Source: the human T2T-CHM13v2.0 reference genome, Homo sapiens. From it: a DNA stretch of 64,000 nucleotides. The notes beneath the pieces are model-generated. The model did not search any database and was not told where the DNA came from. It saw only the letters and a list, made by a program, of their open reading frames with translations. Below are positions 27,645 through 42,393 of this stretch, one piece after another. The stretch lies in assembly GCF_009914755.1 (NCBI RefSeq), contig NC_060925.1. One strand, written 5' to 3'. Both the position numbers and the translations under genes were made by a program. Each line of letters starts with the position of its first letter. The stretch's first letter is position 1.

Positions 27645-27912
27645 GAATAATACTAGCTAAAACTGACATAGCCTTTGCTAAGTGCCAGCAGTATTCCTAG
27701 GACATTCTCTGTGTTAATCCAGCTCACGGTGACTCCACGAGATGGGCACCATTATAATTCCCATTTTACAGATGGAGAAACTGAGGTTCAGATAGGTTAA
27801 GCAAGTTGCATGAAGTCACACAGCTAATGGTTGGGGCCTCAATACCGGATGGGGCTAGTATGGAATCCCAGCACTTTGGCATCAAAGTTTTGCTCCTAAC
27901 CACCATGCTATA
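27645..27912 (-). mobile_element. MIR
   Basis: CCCATTTTACAGATGGAGAAACTGAGGTTCAGATAGGTTAAGCAAGTTGC core. Confidence 0.9.
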
Positions 27913-28216
27913 ATGTGCTAGAGCTTGACTCAGTAACAAAGCCTCGTTCAACAGAAGAAAGAAGATTTCCCCAGGATGAAAGGAAGCTACATCAAAGAGA
28001 AGAATTTTTGTCCGTTGTGGTCACACAAGGCATAAGATTACACACTGGGTTAGATCGCCAGTTTAGATTCAAGTGGATCAGAACTTATTCAGTATCAAGG
28101 TTTGCTAGATATTTCAAAGGTACAGTCAACCATGCAGCATAAAGAAAGAGAGATCAGGAACACCCACATGACTTCCCTGGCCCAGAACTGGACACATTCT
28201 CTATTGCTCAGAATAA

Positions 28217-28589
<373 letters not shown>

Positions 28590-29778
28590 AGTAGGCAGCA
28601 CTTTTAAGTTACAGCACAGAGAGGAATAGGACATGAGAGACATCCTTTAGGTTGTCATAGGTTCTGGGTTTATATACTCTAAGTAATTCATTGGCTAGGG
28701 ACATCCGGCTAAGGTTATCCAATAGTTAAAATATTTTTTCCTAGCAAATATCATTCGTCCATTCACACAGATGTTTAGCTGACAAGGAGATCAGAAGGAT
28801 CTCTGCCTTTTCTTTCCCTTGGAGGTGTTCTTCCAGTAAAGGAGGTAGATGAGCCCCAGCCAGATGTTGAATTCCTTCCTCTCCAATCACTGATGCAACT
28901 CAGCTCCTAATACATTACCTGGCACACAGAAGGCACTCAGTATACTTTGCTGAATGACTTGAAACAGTACATGTCTGTCCCTTAGATTTTTCTGTACCAT
29001 GATACCCTCACCATGACCTTGACTCAATACATGATGTCTGTGCTACCCATGCCTACAGCCTAAGGGTGGTATGAAAGCTGTGGATAAAAACTAGAAGAGC
29101 AATTTCCATTCAAGATTTCATTGCATTTACAACTTGGTAAGGCACAGGGGTATAAAGTGGTATTGCTTTGGTATAATCCTAATGGATTGGAACACAAAAG
29201 AGAGGAAAAGTCATGTTCAACAACTTCACCAAATACTATGCAGTTTGGGAACCTCCTAGACATCATGGTAGCCATGTGAGGGACACCAGTGCCACTGAAG
29301 GTGGCAGGGATTCCTGGCAGATGTGCAGCCCCCAGCAGAGGCTACTATTCCAGCCCCAGTCCTTGGAGTGCCAAGCAGAGAACTGACAATGAATATGGCT
29401 GATGCTTACTGAGTACTTACAATGTGCCAGGCACTGTTCCAATTGCTTTCACATGGAATAACCCATTTCCTCATAAAAATGTGCGAGGTAGGTTATAATA
29501 TTATTTCATCACAGGATGAGATAAATAATCCTATATTAAATAAACAGGGATGAACAAATAAATGAAATAAAATATGGTCCAATTGAAAAAGACCCAGGGA
29601 CCACTTGGATACCCTCGCCCTTTCTGACTTTGCCTTTAGACACTTCCGTTTCACCCATCTAAGCAACAGAGGATGGAGAGAGAAGAGCTCTGACTCACAT
29701 CTTACTTGGAGACCTGAAGCCTTCTACTAAAAGGATGCTGGGGAAAGCCCTTGCTGGGGATGGGATTAAAAAGACTTG

Positions 29779-30090
29779 GGCCAGGCGCAGTGGTCCACAC
29801 CTGTAATCCCAACACTTTGGGAGGCCGAGGCAGTTGGATTACCTGAGGTTGGGAGTTCGAGACCAGCCTGGCCAACATTCAACATGGTGAAACCCTGTCT
29901 CTACTAAAAATACAAAAATTAGCCCAGGGTGGTGGCAGGTACCTGTAATCCTAGCTACTCAGGAGGCTGAGGCAGGAGAATCACTTGAACCTAGGAAGCA
30001 GAGGTTGCAGTAAGCTGAGATCACACCACTGCACTCCAGCCTGGGTAACAGAGCAAGACTCCGTCTCAAAAGAAAAAGAAAAAAAAAAAA
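29779..30090 (+). mobile_element. AluSx-like
   Basis: Full dimer, A-tail; TSD-like AAGACTTGG/AAGAACTTGG. Confidence 0.96.
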
Positions 30091-30749
30091 GAACTTGGGT
30101 ACCAGGAAAAACGAAAACCAGGGAGGGTGGGATGAAGGGTGCCTCCCAGGTCTAGGCCAAGAAATTCCAGGCTCATGTTCAGGACAGGGCTGATAGCTAA
30201 ATTACTAGCTGGTTGTCAATAACAGCAACTTTTCACCACCTTCACCACTAAAAACAACACTTTGCACTTTCTGAATAGTTTGTAATCCATTTACTTAGGG
30301 AAAGGACTGAAGCTTCTTTGGAGTTTAGAACGTACATTTTTTGCTTGTTAGTGGGAAGGAAGTAGACAGCACCCAACCCTAAAAAATACATATATATATA
30401 CTAGCACCATCAGCAGATGCTGGAGACAAGTCTAGTGTGAGTGGCAGAAGGTCATGTGAATCCATCAGAGGAATCTCCCAACCAACTAGTCAATGGTACT
30501 GATTTTCCTGTCTCTCTGTTCTTTATTTCCAGAAGCCACTATGGGACATAGGAGAAAGTGCCTGTGCCTAAGGTGCATCAGGCGATGGTTCACTCTTACA
30601 GACGATCCAGGCAGGCTCTCAGGCAGAGTGAATGGACATCCTTATTCATCCATCACACTTTTAGGCTTGGCTGCTCTATAAAACTTTCTGAAGAAGCTTC
30701 TACTTTTAGCATTTCTTGGCAAAATTCCATCTTTTCCTCCTATTGTATT

Positions 30750-31054
30750 TATTTTGTTTACTTTTTAAATTTTTGAGACAGAGTCTCACTGTATTGCCCA
30801 GGCTGGAGTGCAGTGGCGTTATCATAGTTTAGCGCAGCTTCAAACTCCAGGGCTCAAGCAATCCTCCCACCTCAGCCTCCTGAAAAGCTCACGACAGGCA
30901 CATGCCACCATTCCCAGCTAATTTTTGCATCTTTTGTAGCGACAGGGTCTCACTACGTTTCCCAGGCTGGTCTCAAACTACTGGCCTCATGTAATCGTTC
31001 CTCCTTGGCCTCCCAAAGCACTGGGATTACAGGTGTGAGCCACTGTATCCCACC
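30750..31054 (-). mobile_element. AluJ
   Basis: GGGCTCAAGCAATCCTCCCACCTCAGCC, CAGGGTCTCACTA; TSD ATTGTATTTATT. Confidence 0.93.
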
Positions 31055-31697
31055 CCATTGTATTTATTTATGTTTATTATTTATCTCCAAGCAACGTAAC
31101 CAATACATTACAAGCCTTTAGAAAGCTGCTAGGAAATGCATCATCTGGTTGGTCTATTTGTATTCTATTTTGGTTTAATATTCTAAATTAATTTTAGGGA
31201 GATATCTGAAATCCCAGTCTCAAGACTAGCCAAGTGACAGATAACAAAGATGTATTATATGGATTTATCTCATACTGTATGAGTGACCCTGTGCCCTCCA
31301 TGTAAAAGAGATAATCCAGTTTCCTGTATTTGTACATCTCTCTAGCCTTAGGGAGCTATTATTCTCCTGCTTCATACCATTTCCTTCTACCCACCTGTCA
31401 TTAAATCTCAGTTCAAGAGTGATCTCTTCAGTCAATATTATCTGATTCTTTCCTTCTTTCCCAGCATTCTGTTCCCTGGCACAGTTAGTGGAAGTTATAT
31501 GTGATCACAACATTTGTTTCCTACCTTTGATGATTCATTTCTCAAGGACATGCATTCTAGGATCACACAGCTGTGGGCCAAGTGGTAGCCCAAATCTGTG
31601 GATCATGTAGAATACCTTACTTCAGTATCAATTTTAATTGAAGATTTATGAAACAGTTTTGTAATTGCCTAAAATTTTTCGATGCACCCATACTTAA

Positions 31698-32090
<393 letters not shown>

Positions 32091-32127
32091 TGTGTATATA
32101 TATGTTTAGATGTGAATGTATATGAAT

Positions 32128-32580
32128 GTAGTAGACTCCAAGAATGACTACAAATTTCCTTCCACAACTCTGCAACGTGACTTTGCAGAGCTCTTCCCAT
32201 CAAGAGCTAGAGTACTCTTTCATCTCTTGAATCTAGGAGGACCTTATTATTTGTAAAATATGATGCTAGTCGAGAATTGAAAGCTTGCTGCTCCCAGAAC
32301 ACTGCCACCTTCTAAGACAGTTGAAGCTAGCCTGCTAGAGAATGAAAGACCATGTGAAAGACTGAGGCTTCCTGACTGATGATCAGACAGCCCAAAGCAA
32401 CCTGTCAACTGGCTAGGACACATGAGCCTCCCCCAAGTAGATCAGCCTAGCCCATAACAGAAGAGCCACCCAGCTGAACCCAGCTCAACTTGCTGACCTA
32501 CAGAACCATTAACTAAATCAATGATTTGGTTCTAAACCTTTTGGGGGTGGTTTATCACTCAACAAAAACTAACTGATATA
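32128..32580 (+). mobile_element. MaLR LTR, MLT1F/G/H-like
   Basis: TGCAACGTGACTTTGCAG...CCCATCAAGAG; CCCAGCTGAACCCAGC; ends AACTAACTGATATA. Confidence 0.75.
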
Positions 32581-33329
32581 GTAAATAAGAAAGGAAGGTG
32601 AAAAGCCCAATAAGTAAATCATTTTTATTGGGAAGAAATGACTGGGAAGTTTGCTACTTTGGGGTTACCAGGAAATGCAGTGTTCATTCTCATTTCACTA
32701 GGTCTCCTCTATATTATAAAACATGCTGAGCCATTGCTGCATGAAGCAATTGAGAAGATATTTTCAAATCAACCATGGGGAATGTTAAAGATAATTACAA
32801 GAATATTTGCAACCCCCCAAAAAAAAATCAGGTCTTGGCCAAGAACAACATGTAAAACACAATTGAACAAGAACATTAAAAATGACTTGAGGCATTCATC
32901 AAAGTCAGTTTCAGATAGAGTTTGCAGAGTCAAGAAATGAAAGAGAGGATGAGATGACAAAGCTGTGTAACTTGTTTAAGCTGTTTTAGTCTCAAAATGC
33001 AGTAACAAGGTCTAAAGGTGCCCTGGGGAATACCAAATTATCTATTTTGTTGTTCTCCAAAGATATATGTACACATTGGTTGGAAAACAAATTTAACACA
33101 GTTGCTTGTATCACATTTGGATGAGCACACAGACGTAATGAACCAGCCCATTTATTCATCTCTTTGTTCCCTAATGTTTATAAAGATGATGTTTATGAAG
33201 TGCTTGTGTATGTTCAGTGAGGTGGTCAGAAAAACACATTTCATAAATGAATCCTGCATTAAATAATCATCATCCTGTAGCCAAGCTGTAAAATAATAGG
33301 AAGTTACTCTAAGAGTTACTTATACCACA

Positions 33330-33562
33330 TAGCAGCAACTACTTAAATTAGGCAGTGAGAACCATCTGTCCTGGAGACCTACAATAAGGGGGTGCATTTT
33401 CTATAGAGAATTTAAAAACAATCACAAAGCCTGCTAAAATTAGGCCTGTCTTTTATGATCACCACATGTTCCAGCAATTCTAGATAATTTCAATGATAAT
33501 ACATATACTCCTCCCCACAGGTGTAGACAGCTTCCTCTGCACCCTCCCCAGCTATGTCTGTT
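33330..33562. mobile_element. MER69A-like hAT-Tip100 element
   Basis: CAATAAGGGGGTGCATTTTCTATAGAGAATTTAAAAACAAT...TACTCCTCCCC. Confidence 0.7.
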
Positions 33563-33877
33563 GCTATACACACTGCTGTACAAATGCTGCCTTCGCTGAA
33601 AGAAGGTGCTACTCAGATTTTATATACTCATTTCATTGTTATTTTTCTTCATGAAAATTCATTTTCTTCTTTCCTATTTGTAGCACAAGCAGAATAGTTC
33701 TAGAAGCAGAGAGTTGTTGCTGGGAGCTCAGCCTGAAGCCTGCTTCTCCAGCTCTTTCAATGATATTATAACCCTTTTATTAGTTTATAGTGCATTCCTT
33801 TCCCTTTCACATAACTAGAGTGGATTCTGCAAGTTTAAGCGTGTGCTTTGTAATCGAACTACAACTCAAAGAGTATA

Positions 33878-33880
<3 letters not shown>

Positions 33881-33918
<38 letters not shown>
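33881..33918 (+). repeat. (GT)19 microsatellite
   Basis: Directly visible. Confidence 0.98.
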
Positions 33919-33919
<1 letters not shown>

Positions 33920-35625
33920 GATTGACAGTAACTTTGCTATAAAATCAAGTTAATAAAATTCTAATATACAATAGCAATCCAGCATACTATCTGGAGATCA
34001 GGCCTCAAATAACCTCTTCTCAAATGCAGCTTAGCATAAAGGTAAATGTTAAAAGCTTACAAGCAGGTGGAATGACAGTCCAATTTCATGTACTAAAGCC
34101 TATTACCTAAAAATGTGTTTTCCAAGTTCATATTTTTGTTTCCATCTAAAAGCTAGTTCTGTTTGGGTTATTTGCCCAAAGCAAATTAGAAGAGAATGTG
34201 GATGTTAAAAAACAGCGGACTAACAGCAGATATGTTATCTAACTTCCTGACAGTGAAGAATGAGCCAGGAAATTAAGAGCAAATGTAAGAACAAAGAAAG
34301 CTGAGCAGTCTGGTCCATTAGTATAGGTCAAGGGAGCTATGTATCACAACAGCCTCAAAGACGTCTCCAGCTTGCAATACATAAATGATGTTGCCCATAC
34401 ACTGATGACATGAAATCAAGGGGAAACATTTTAAATTATGTTGCCTATCCTCTCTTGAATAATATGGAAGTCTGTTGTTCAGCATCTGCAGGATTTGTCT
34501 TCCCAAGAAATCAGCAACTTGTCCTCCAAGTTGAAGGTAGAGGCCAGTGGCAGGGACGTGCAGAGAGACTACCTTGGAAGGGAGCCTCACCTACTTTATC
34601 CGGGGCTTGCTGTGTCCTACAGCATGCATGGGGGTGAAGAGTTAGCTCTGGAGACTTCTGCAAGGCCTCTGGGCTCTTGCTGGCAGCCTCAGTAGAATAC
34701 TCTAGTCCCATATTTCACCTGTCACCTTGGCTTTGTCATCTGGGGCCAAGGCATAATGGAGCACAAGAAATAGAGTGAAAAGAGCAGTGTGAACCATGTG
34801 AACAATTCCACCCGACATTCTTACCATAAAGCCCAGTAGATATTAGAGAAGGATAAAACACAACATGAAAATCAAGTTTCTCTGGAGAGGATCAGAGGAG
34901 AGGTTGAAAAAAAGGGGGAAAATGCCTTGAGTTTTGTATGATTTTGATGCCAGCATTTTGCTATGGAGGCAAAATAACTGTAAAAATGTTTACTGTCTCT
35001 TTTCCAGTCAAAAGAGGTTGTTTGATTCCAACCTCCTTTCTAAGTGGCAAGGTTTAAATCATGGATCCTTGGGAAAAAGGTGGAATTTACCAATTTTGGA
35101 AAGACTTGGGGTGGGGGGGCTTGTAGAACTCTCTGGCAAGCTAAAAGAAGAGCATGAATTGTATGCCATGAATTGAGTAGAATTTCTCCAGTCAGTGCCC
35201 CCATAAATCTACCATGAGAAACAGCAGAGGAAGCATTGTTCTCTCCATGCCCTAAACAATACCTTCCAGGTCAACCATGCCTTCACCCAGGAAGTACTAT
35301 GAAAGATTTTTTTATAAGTTGTCTCTAAACACTATGATGACATGTCACAGGGGAAACATGCTGGGAAATGCAAATTAAAATGTGAACATTGCTATGGCAG
35401 GACCTAAAGCTAAATGCTATAAAGCTGTTACCCTGAAGAAAGGAGGACAAATTGATCACTCTCACCAACACCCTGGGTTTTTAGCAAGAAACTTTCCTCC
35501 ATCTGATCCAGGAATCTCTAGAAACTTTACTCCAAAAGGCAACACTGAATTTGTGTTTTTGGAAATAGGAAAGACCAAAAACTAAAACCAATAAAAGCAA
35601 CTGGAGGTGAAAGTGTGTTCGAATC

Positions 35626-35924
35626 TTTTTTTTTTTTTTTTGGAGGCAGGGTCTCTCCCTGTCACCCAGGCTGCAGTGCAGTGGCGTGATTTCGGCTCAC
35701 TGCAACCCCTGCCTCCTAGGTTCAAGCGATTCTCCTGCCTCAGCCTCCTGAGTAGCTGCGGTTATAGGCACACACCACCACACCTGGCTAATTTTTGTAT
35801 TTTTAGTATAGACGAGGTTTCACCATGTTAGCCAGGCTGGTTTTGAACTCCTGACCTCAGGTGATTCACCTGCCTTGGTCTCCCAAAGTGCTGGGATTAC
35901 AGGCTTGAGCCACTGAGCCCAGCC
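35626..35924 (-). mobile_element. AluSx-like
   Basis: Poly-T plus full antisense dimer. Confidence 0.96.
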
Positions 35925-35942
35925 ATCTTTTAAAATTACCAA

Positions 35943-36510
35943 CTAAGGATCTAGAAGTAGAAATACCATTTGACCCAGCAATCCCACTACTTGGTATATA
36001 CCCAAAGGATTATAAATCATTCTACCATAAAGACACATGCACACATATGTTTATTGTGGCACTATTCACAATAGCAAAGACTTGGGACCAACCCAAATGC
36101 CCATCTATGATAGACTGGATAAAGAAAATGTGGCACATATACACCATGGAATACTATGCAGCCATAAAAAAGGATGAGTTCATGTCCTTTGCAGGAACAT
36201 GGATGAAGCTGGAAACCATCATTCTCAGCAAACTATCACAAGAACAGAAAACCGAACACCGCATGTTCTCACTCATAAGTGGGAGTTGAACAATGAGAAC
36301 ACATGGACACAGGGAGGGGAACAACACACAATGGGGCCTGTCAGCAGGTGGGGTCTAGGGGAGGGATAGCATTAGGAGAAATACCTAATATAGATGACAG
36401 GTTAATGGGTGCAGCAAACCACCACGCCACATGTATACCTATATAACAAAACCGCACGTTCTGCACATGTACTCCAGAACTTAAAGTATAATTAAAAAAA
36501 AGAAAAAAAA
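35943..36510 (+). mobile_element. L1PA (PA6-8-like) 3' end
   Basis: ORF 36047-36289 is the ORF2p C-terminus; 3'UTR; A-tail; TSD-like TACCAA. Confidence 0.96.
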
Positions 36511-37094
36511 TACCAATTATGAATAAAGAACTGTGTTCCTGCTGATGTTACCAAAGCAGTTACATCAACCTTTCTCTTTGCCACAAGCCCTTACCTCTCC
36601 TTGGTATACTGTAGCTTACAATGGGTCTGTCCTTGCCACCTTCCTCAATCATCCTGTATGGTTCATCTTGGATTTGACAGTGCATCAGGATAGCCATGCA
36701 GGAGGTCACAGGATGAGCTACCAGCAACATTTATTCCTAAGAATAAGTAAGTGCAAGGCCCTTAGTTATATTGAGCAGCAGAAAAAGAGAACGACTGGTC
36801 ATAGCCTATTTCCCCCTTCCATGAAGAGGCATACTTGAAACTTGACACAACTTCTGCTGAATCAATTGCTGCTACTATTTGCCTAGTCTGCTCCATGTCA
36901 AACCAATGAGCTTAAAGATCACTGCAAAGCCCTGGGAGTGGCTTGAAGGATCCAGAGCACAGGAATGTCCCAGGAAACCACTTTCAAAATTTTAGCAACA
37001 GAAGGGCACCCATAAGAAAGAGCATCCTGTGGCAGGGTATTAGTGGACAAATGGGATGAAGAAAGCAGAAAGTGGCATGGCACAAGTTACCAGA

Positions 37095-38090
37095 GCTTAA
37101 GTAGGGTGAGGAGGCATCAGCCTGGGAGAAGCAGCGGTGTTATAGTCAATGGATTACGTATGGGAAATTGATCAAATAAGTATGTTGGCCAAGTGTGGTG
37201 GTTCAGGCCTATAATCCCAGCACTTTAAAGGGGGCGAGACAGGCAGATCGATTGAGCTCAGGAGTTCGAGACTAGCCTGGCTAACATGGTAAAACTCCGT
37301 CTCTATTAAAAATACAAAAATTAGCTGGGCATGATGGCATGTGCCTGTAGTCCCAGCTACTCAGGAAGCTGAGGTGGGAGGATCAATTGAGTTCAGGAGG
37401 TGGAGCTTGCAGTGAGCAGTGATCATGTTACTGCCCTCCAGCCTGGGTGACAGAGTGAGACCCTGTCTCAAAAACAAACAAACAAATAAGTCTGTTAAGG
37501 ATAATGGGAGCCAGGTTTCTCACTGTTAGAGAAGAGAGTTACAAATACAGAAAGGGAGAAAACAAGAATGCATTCTGTAGTGTTAGGTTGACATTGGAGG
37601 TACTGATGTAAACTCATAAATTTCTGTGTACAAATAGTTAAATATAGAAATAAAGATGTAAATGTGTATGTGCAGGTACAAACATATCCTAGCCCTGTCT
37701 TCTGAGAGGGACTGAGAGCTGCAACACCCCAAAAGCAATAATCACTACTAAATAACAATGCTTGGCTTCTAAATACTATTCGGCACTAAAAGGATCCAAG
37801 GATCTTTGAATTTCGGAATGAGGGCTGAGGCAGGAAAAACACAACACAAGTATGAATCATCTTTTTGTTATTGACACAACTGGCAGATCTTGAATGGGGT
37901 CTGTTCATTTCCTGATACTGATGGTTGCATTGTGGCTATAGAAAAGAATGCTCTTATTTGTAAGAAATACACACTACAGCAGTGATGGGCATCATGCTGA
38001 TAACTTACTCTCAGAGGGTTCAAGGGCAAAAGTAATTTGTACTATGCTTGCTACTTTTATGTAAGTTTTAGATTATTTCAAAATAAAATA
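37095..38090 (+). mobile_element. L1MC-like 3'UTR interrupted by Alu
   Basis: GGATAATGGGAGCCAGGTTTCTCACTGTTAGAGAAG; ends TAAGTTTTAGATTATTTCAAAATAAAA. Confidence 0.8.
37187..37482 (+). mobile_element. AluJb-like
   Basis: Dimer with GAGGTGGGAGGATC; TSD CAAATAAGTATGTT/CAAATAAGTCTGTT. Confidence 0.94.
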
Positions 38091-38212
38091 ATTAAAGCTG
38101 TAGTAATAGAAGAGTATGCCAATTCCAACTCTTAATGCATTGTCTCATTCCCCTCCAGTCTTAAGAACGTTCCATGATAAGAAAGCAAATGGCACACTTA
38201 CAAGCAAAGGAA

Positions 38213-38519
<307 letters not shown>

Positions 38520-40889
38520 TGCAAATGAATTTTTAAATAAATCCTTCATTAATTTTTTAATGGTGAGCAATCATAAGTTACACCATGATCAGGAGTAACA
38601 AATTTTAGAATAAGACACAACAAAAGGATATGAGTATAGCCAAATCAGGACAGGCATTGGTGGTTTGCTTTCAAAAGCTCTCATTTTAGTTTTGTTCCTA
38701 CTGGTTATATTGCTTTAGGTGCTCCTGAAAAGAAAAGCAACAAGACAATATTCCCAAGTGACTATCTAGAGAAGAGGAGTCAAAAAAGCAATATTTGTCC
38801 GTATAAACAAATTCTCATGGTTTGAACAGAGTTAGAAATGGAAAATGCTGTGAAGATAGGTTTCTAGGGGCTCTAGAAATGGTATAAGGCTTTGCCTCAT
38901 TGCTTGCAACAATAAGAAGAGTCAGCACTCTCAATATGGACAAGAATATGGACGGTATGGAAGCTGGGTTTGTTGAGTCAGGAAATTTATAATTTAATTG
39001 AGAATTAAGCTATTTCTTACCTCGTTAAATAGTTGCAGACTGTAACATTTCTATTTATTTTATAATTTTCTTAAATTAAAAGATACAACACAGGGGAATT
39101 GTATTATCACATGGCCCTACGTATTCACTGAGAACAGTTGCATCTTGAACAGGCAGCAAGCGTGATCTAACAGGCGCTTACAGATTAATGGCTCTGGCAG
39201 GTAGGAGAGTGACTCACAATGGCCACACTTCTCTCTAATGAAAAAGCCAGCCAAGAATTGCCTGTGAAGCACAAGCAAGTTTAATAGCACGAAATTCTGC
39301 ATTTCCCCCCTATTGATTGGCGTGCTTGTTTACACCAGCACTTTTTTCCTGCATATGTGTCTCCAATCCATCGAGGTATTTTCTACGCTGAATAATGGAG
39401 GCCATCCAGAGGCTACTCCATATGCCCTCCTGGGAGAAGGGCCACAGTCTCTCCTGAACCATTTTCTACACCAATACTTGTGTCACAGGGAGCTCTGTAT
39501 TCCTGCACACTGGCATTCAGTCATCATCAGCAGTTACAAGATACAGTCCCAACCTCTTAGATAGCATAGGCTAGCCCTTGGGTCTGTTGACAGTTTTTCA
39601 ATAATACTAAGCCAGGAAGAGGCAGAATCAACTTATGCAATGGCACTGAAGAGGGGTCTATATGCTCACGGTCCCTACGAGTCACTGGAATAATGCAAAG
39701 ATACTTCACAAACATTCAAAGCTGGTTTCTTTATATCAGAAATGTATATTGATGCCCAAATGCAAAAAAAAACTGTCCCTTTAAGGAAGTCTTGGTCGAG
39801 TCATCCACTGAAGGCAACCTCGGGCTCTCTGCTTTTATTTTTCTTGCCTTGTCTGCGCACCTTTTTTTGAAATTGCACTGGATTGGTTTAATCCAGTTGC
39901 ATTCTGTTGAACCAAAATTTAGAACAGTAAAACTAACCACGTATAGATTAGTTTATTTTGTTTGTGTTCTGTTGTGAAGACTGAAAATGACAAAATGAAT
40001 TTGTTCTCTTAAAAAGAAATCAGATAAAGAAATACTGTTGAATCATAAAGCAAGTTGCAGAACAATACAGGAAGCAGGATAATGTATTTTTAAGGCCCAC
40101 TCAATCACATATATTTTCATAAGCATAGCAAAGTATCTGGAAGGATAGACATCAAACTTCTGACAGCAGTTATCTCTAGGGCGTTGAGAAGAAGACAAAA
40201 ACTAGGCATGGTGGTTAAAGAAAACTTTAGGCTTAACTTTAATGCTTTATTTTATTATAAGAAGAATTTATTAATATATTGGTTGGGTAATCAATTTTTT
40301 AAAGGAGTAGGTAATGATAACATTCAAGATTTTCAGGTATCTAAAAATTGCAATGCTTTAAAGGATATATTTTTTGGCTGTTTGGAAATGCTACCTGTCA
40401 TGATACTTCCTATTTCTCAACCGCAGGAAAATGTGAAGCATAACTAAACCTTTATTCAATTCACCAGTAGGTATTGATGGCCCTTCATGTTTATGCAAAA
40501 CATAAATAATTCATCACTTCTTTATGGGCTTTGATGACTGGAATTAAAGTGGAAAACAAACGTTAGAGTTGACAATGAAAAAAAAATGGAGCAGGGCAGG
40601 GTTAATTTGAATTGACTTGATGTTTACCTTAATATTAGCTAATGTCTCTTTACCAGAGACAAAAGTAGAAGCACTGTCCCAGCAGTGATGTTCACTGCAA
40701 GAGGAGCTTCGACAAGCTTAGGAAGACTATTTTTAGCTCCATTAGGACTTTATGAGCTTCAGTATTTCCTGTTCACTCTTGACAATAATGATGTGATTAA
40801 ATCTGTTGTCCACTTAGTATGGTTTTTGAGCCTCTGCTATATTTTCTACAAAATCTCAACATTATGACCTATATGCTCCCAGATAAATG

Positions 40890-41540
40890 CAGTCACGTGT
40901 TGCTTATTGATGGGAATATATTCTGAGAAATGCATTGTTAGGCAATTTTATCACTGTGTGAACATCAACGAGTGTACCTACACAAAACTGGGTGGTACAG
41001 CCTACCACACACCTAGACTATATGGTACAGCCTATTGCTCCTAGGCTACAAACCTGTGCAGCATGTTACTTTACTGAATACTGTAGGCAGCTGTAACACG
41101 ATGGTGAGTACTTGTGCACCTAAACATATCAAAACATAGAAAAGTCACTGCAAAAATACAGTATTATAATCTCGGCCGAGCCCAGTGGCTCACGCCTGTA
41201 ATCCCAGCACTTTGGGAGGCCGAGGCGGGTGGATTACCTGAGGTCAGGTGTTTGAGACTAGCCTGATCAACATGGTGAAACCCCATCTCTACTAAAAATA
41301 CAATAAAAATTACCCAGGCGTGGTGGCGCATGCTTGTAATCCCAGCTACTTGGGAGGATGAGGCATGAGAATCGCTTGAACCTGGAGGCAGAGGTTGCAG
41401 TGAGCCAAGATGATGCCATTGCACTCCACTTGGGCAACAAGAGTGAAACTCCATCTCAAAAAATAATAATAATATTATGGAACCACCGTGGTACATGTGG
41501 TCCGTCATTGATGAAATGTCATTACGTGACATGTAGTTAC
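40890..41540. mobile_element. Tigger3a/MER7-type element interrupted by Alu
   Basis: CAGTCA...TTCTGAGAAATGCATTGTTAGGC; GCCTATTGCTCCTAGGCTACAAACCTGT. Confidence 0.9.
41174..41470 (+). mobile_element. AluSq/Sp-like
   Basis: Full dimer, GGCAACAAGAGTGAAACT, (AAT)n tail. Confidence 0.95.
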
Positions 41541-42084
41541 AATCCATTCTCATTGTAATTTTGTCCCCCACTCATCCCCCACCAACTCTCCCCATCCTGA
41601 TCCCAAAAGCATTAGAGAAGATCTTTCCAAGCCAACACAAGCAGACTTAATTCATTATTCTAATTTGGATTATTTAGAGTTGACTCTTTTCTTGACCCAT
41701 CTTTTATGAGGTTCAACTGCCAAGTTGCAAGACACTTCATAACGTAATTCTTGACGTTGCTGTTGGAGTCTGCTAGACTCAACACTCTCTGCAAAGCCAT
41801 ACATAGTCCATTCAGCTTTTAGGCTTCTGCCCTCAGTCTGTAGTAGAAACGCGTTCTTCATACTTCATCAGGTGCTAAAACATGTTTCAACCACTTGAAA
41901 ATAGTTCACCTGGGTAGTAGAACCCAACAGAGTACAGCTGATTTCCAAGCCTGTGCTTCAGCACCAGATGGACCCAACTTGGAATCTCACCTCTACCGCT
42001 CAACAGTCCTGTGTGAATTTTTGGGAAATTATGAAGCAGCTCTGACCCTCCATGAATCTATAACATTGAGACAATCATACCCTC

Positions 42085-42393
42085 TACCTGAGAAACACTT
42101 TCCCAGATATCTGCGTGGCTTACTTCCTCGCTTCATTCAGGTCTCTATCCATCTATCTGCCCTCAGAAAGTCATGCCCTGCTCACCTTATATAAAATGGC
42201 AGTACCTATTATTTTTTGTCCTGTTGCTTGCTTTATTTTTCTTCAGTAGTCAATACCATCTACACTCAAATACTATGTAAGCTCAATGGTGATATTGGTG
42301 ATAGGGATGTTCTTATTTTTACTACCATGTTCCCAGCACCCAGCTGAGTGCCTGAAACTTATAGACCCTTGAAAAATACTTGTTGAATAAATG
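42085..42393 (+). mobile_element. L2a 3' end
   Basis: CCCAGATATCTGCGTGGCT...CATTCAGGTCTC; ends AAATACTTGTTGAATAAATG. Confidence 0.85.
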
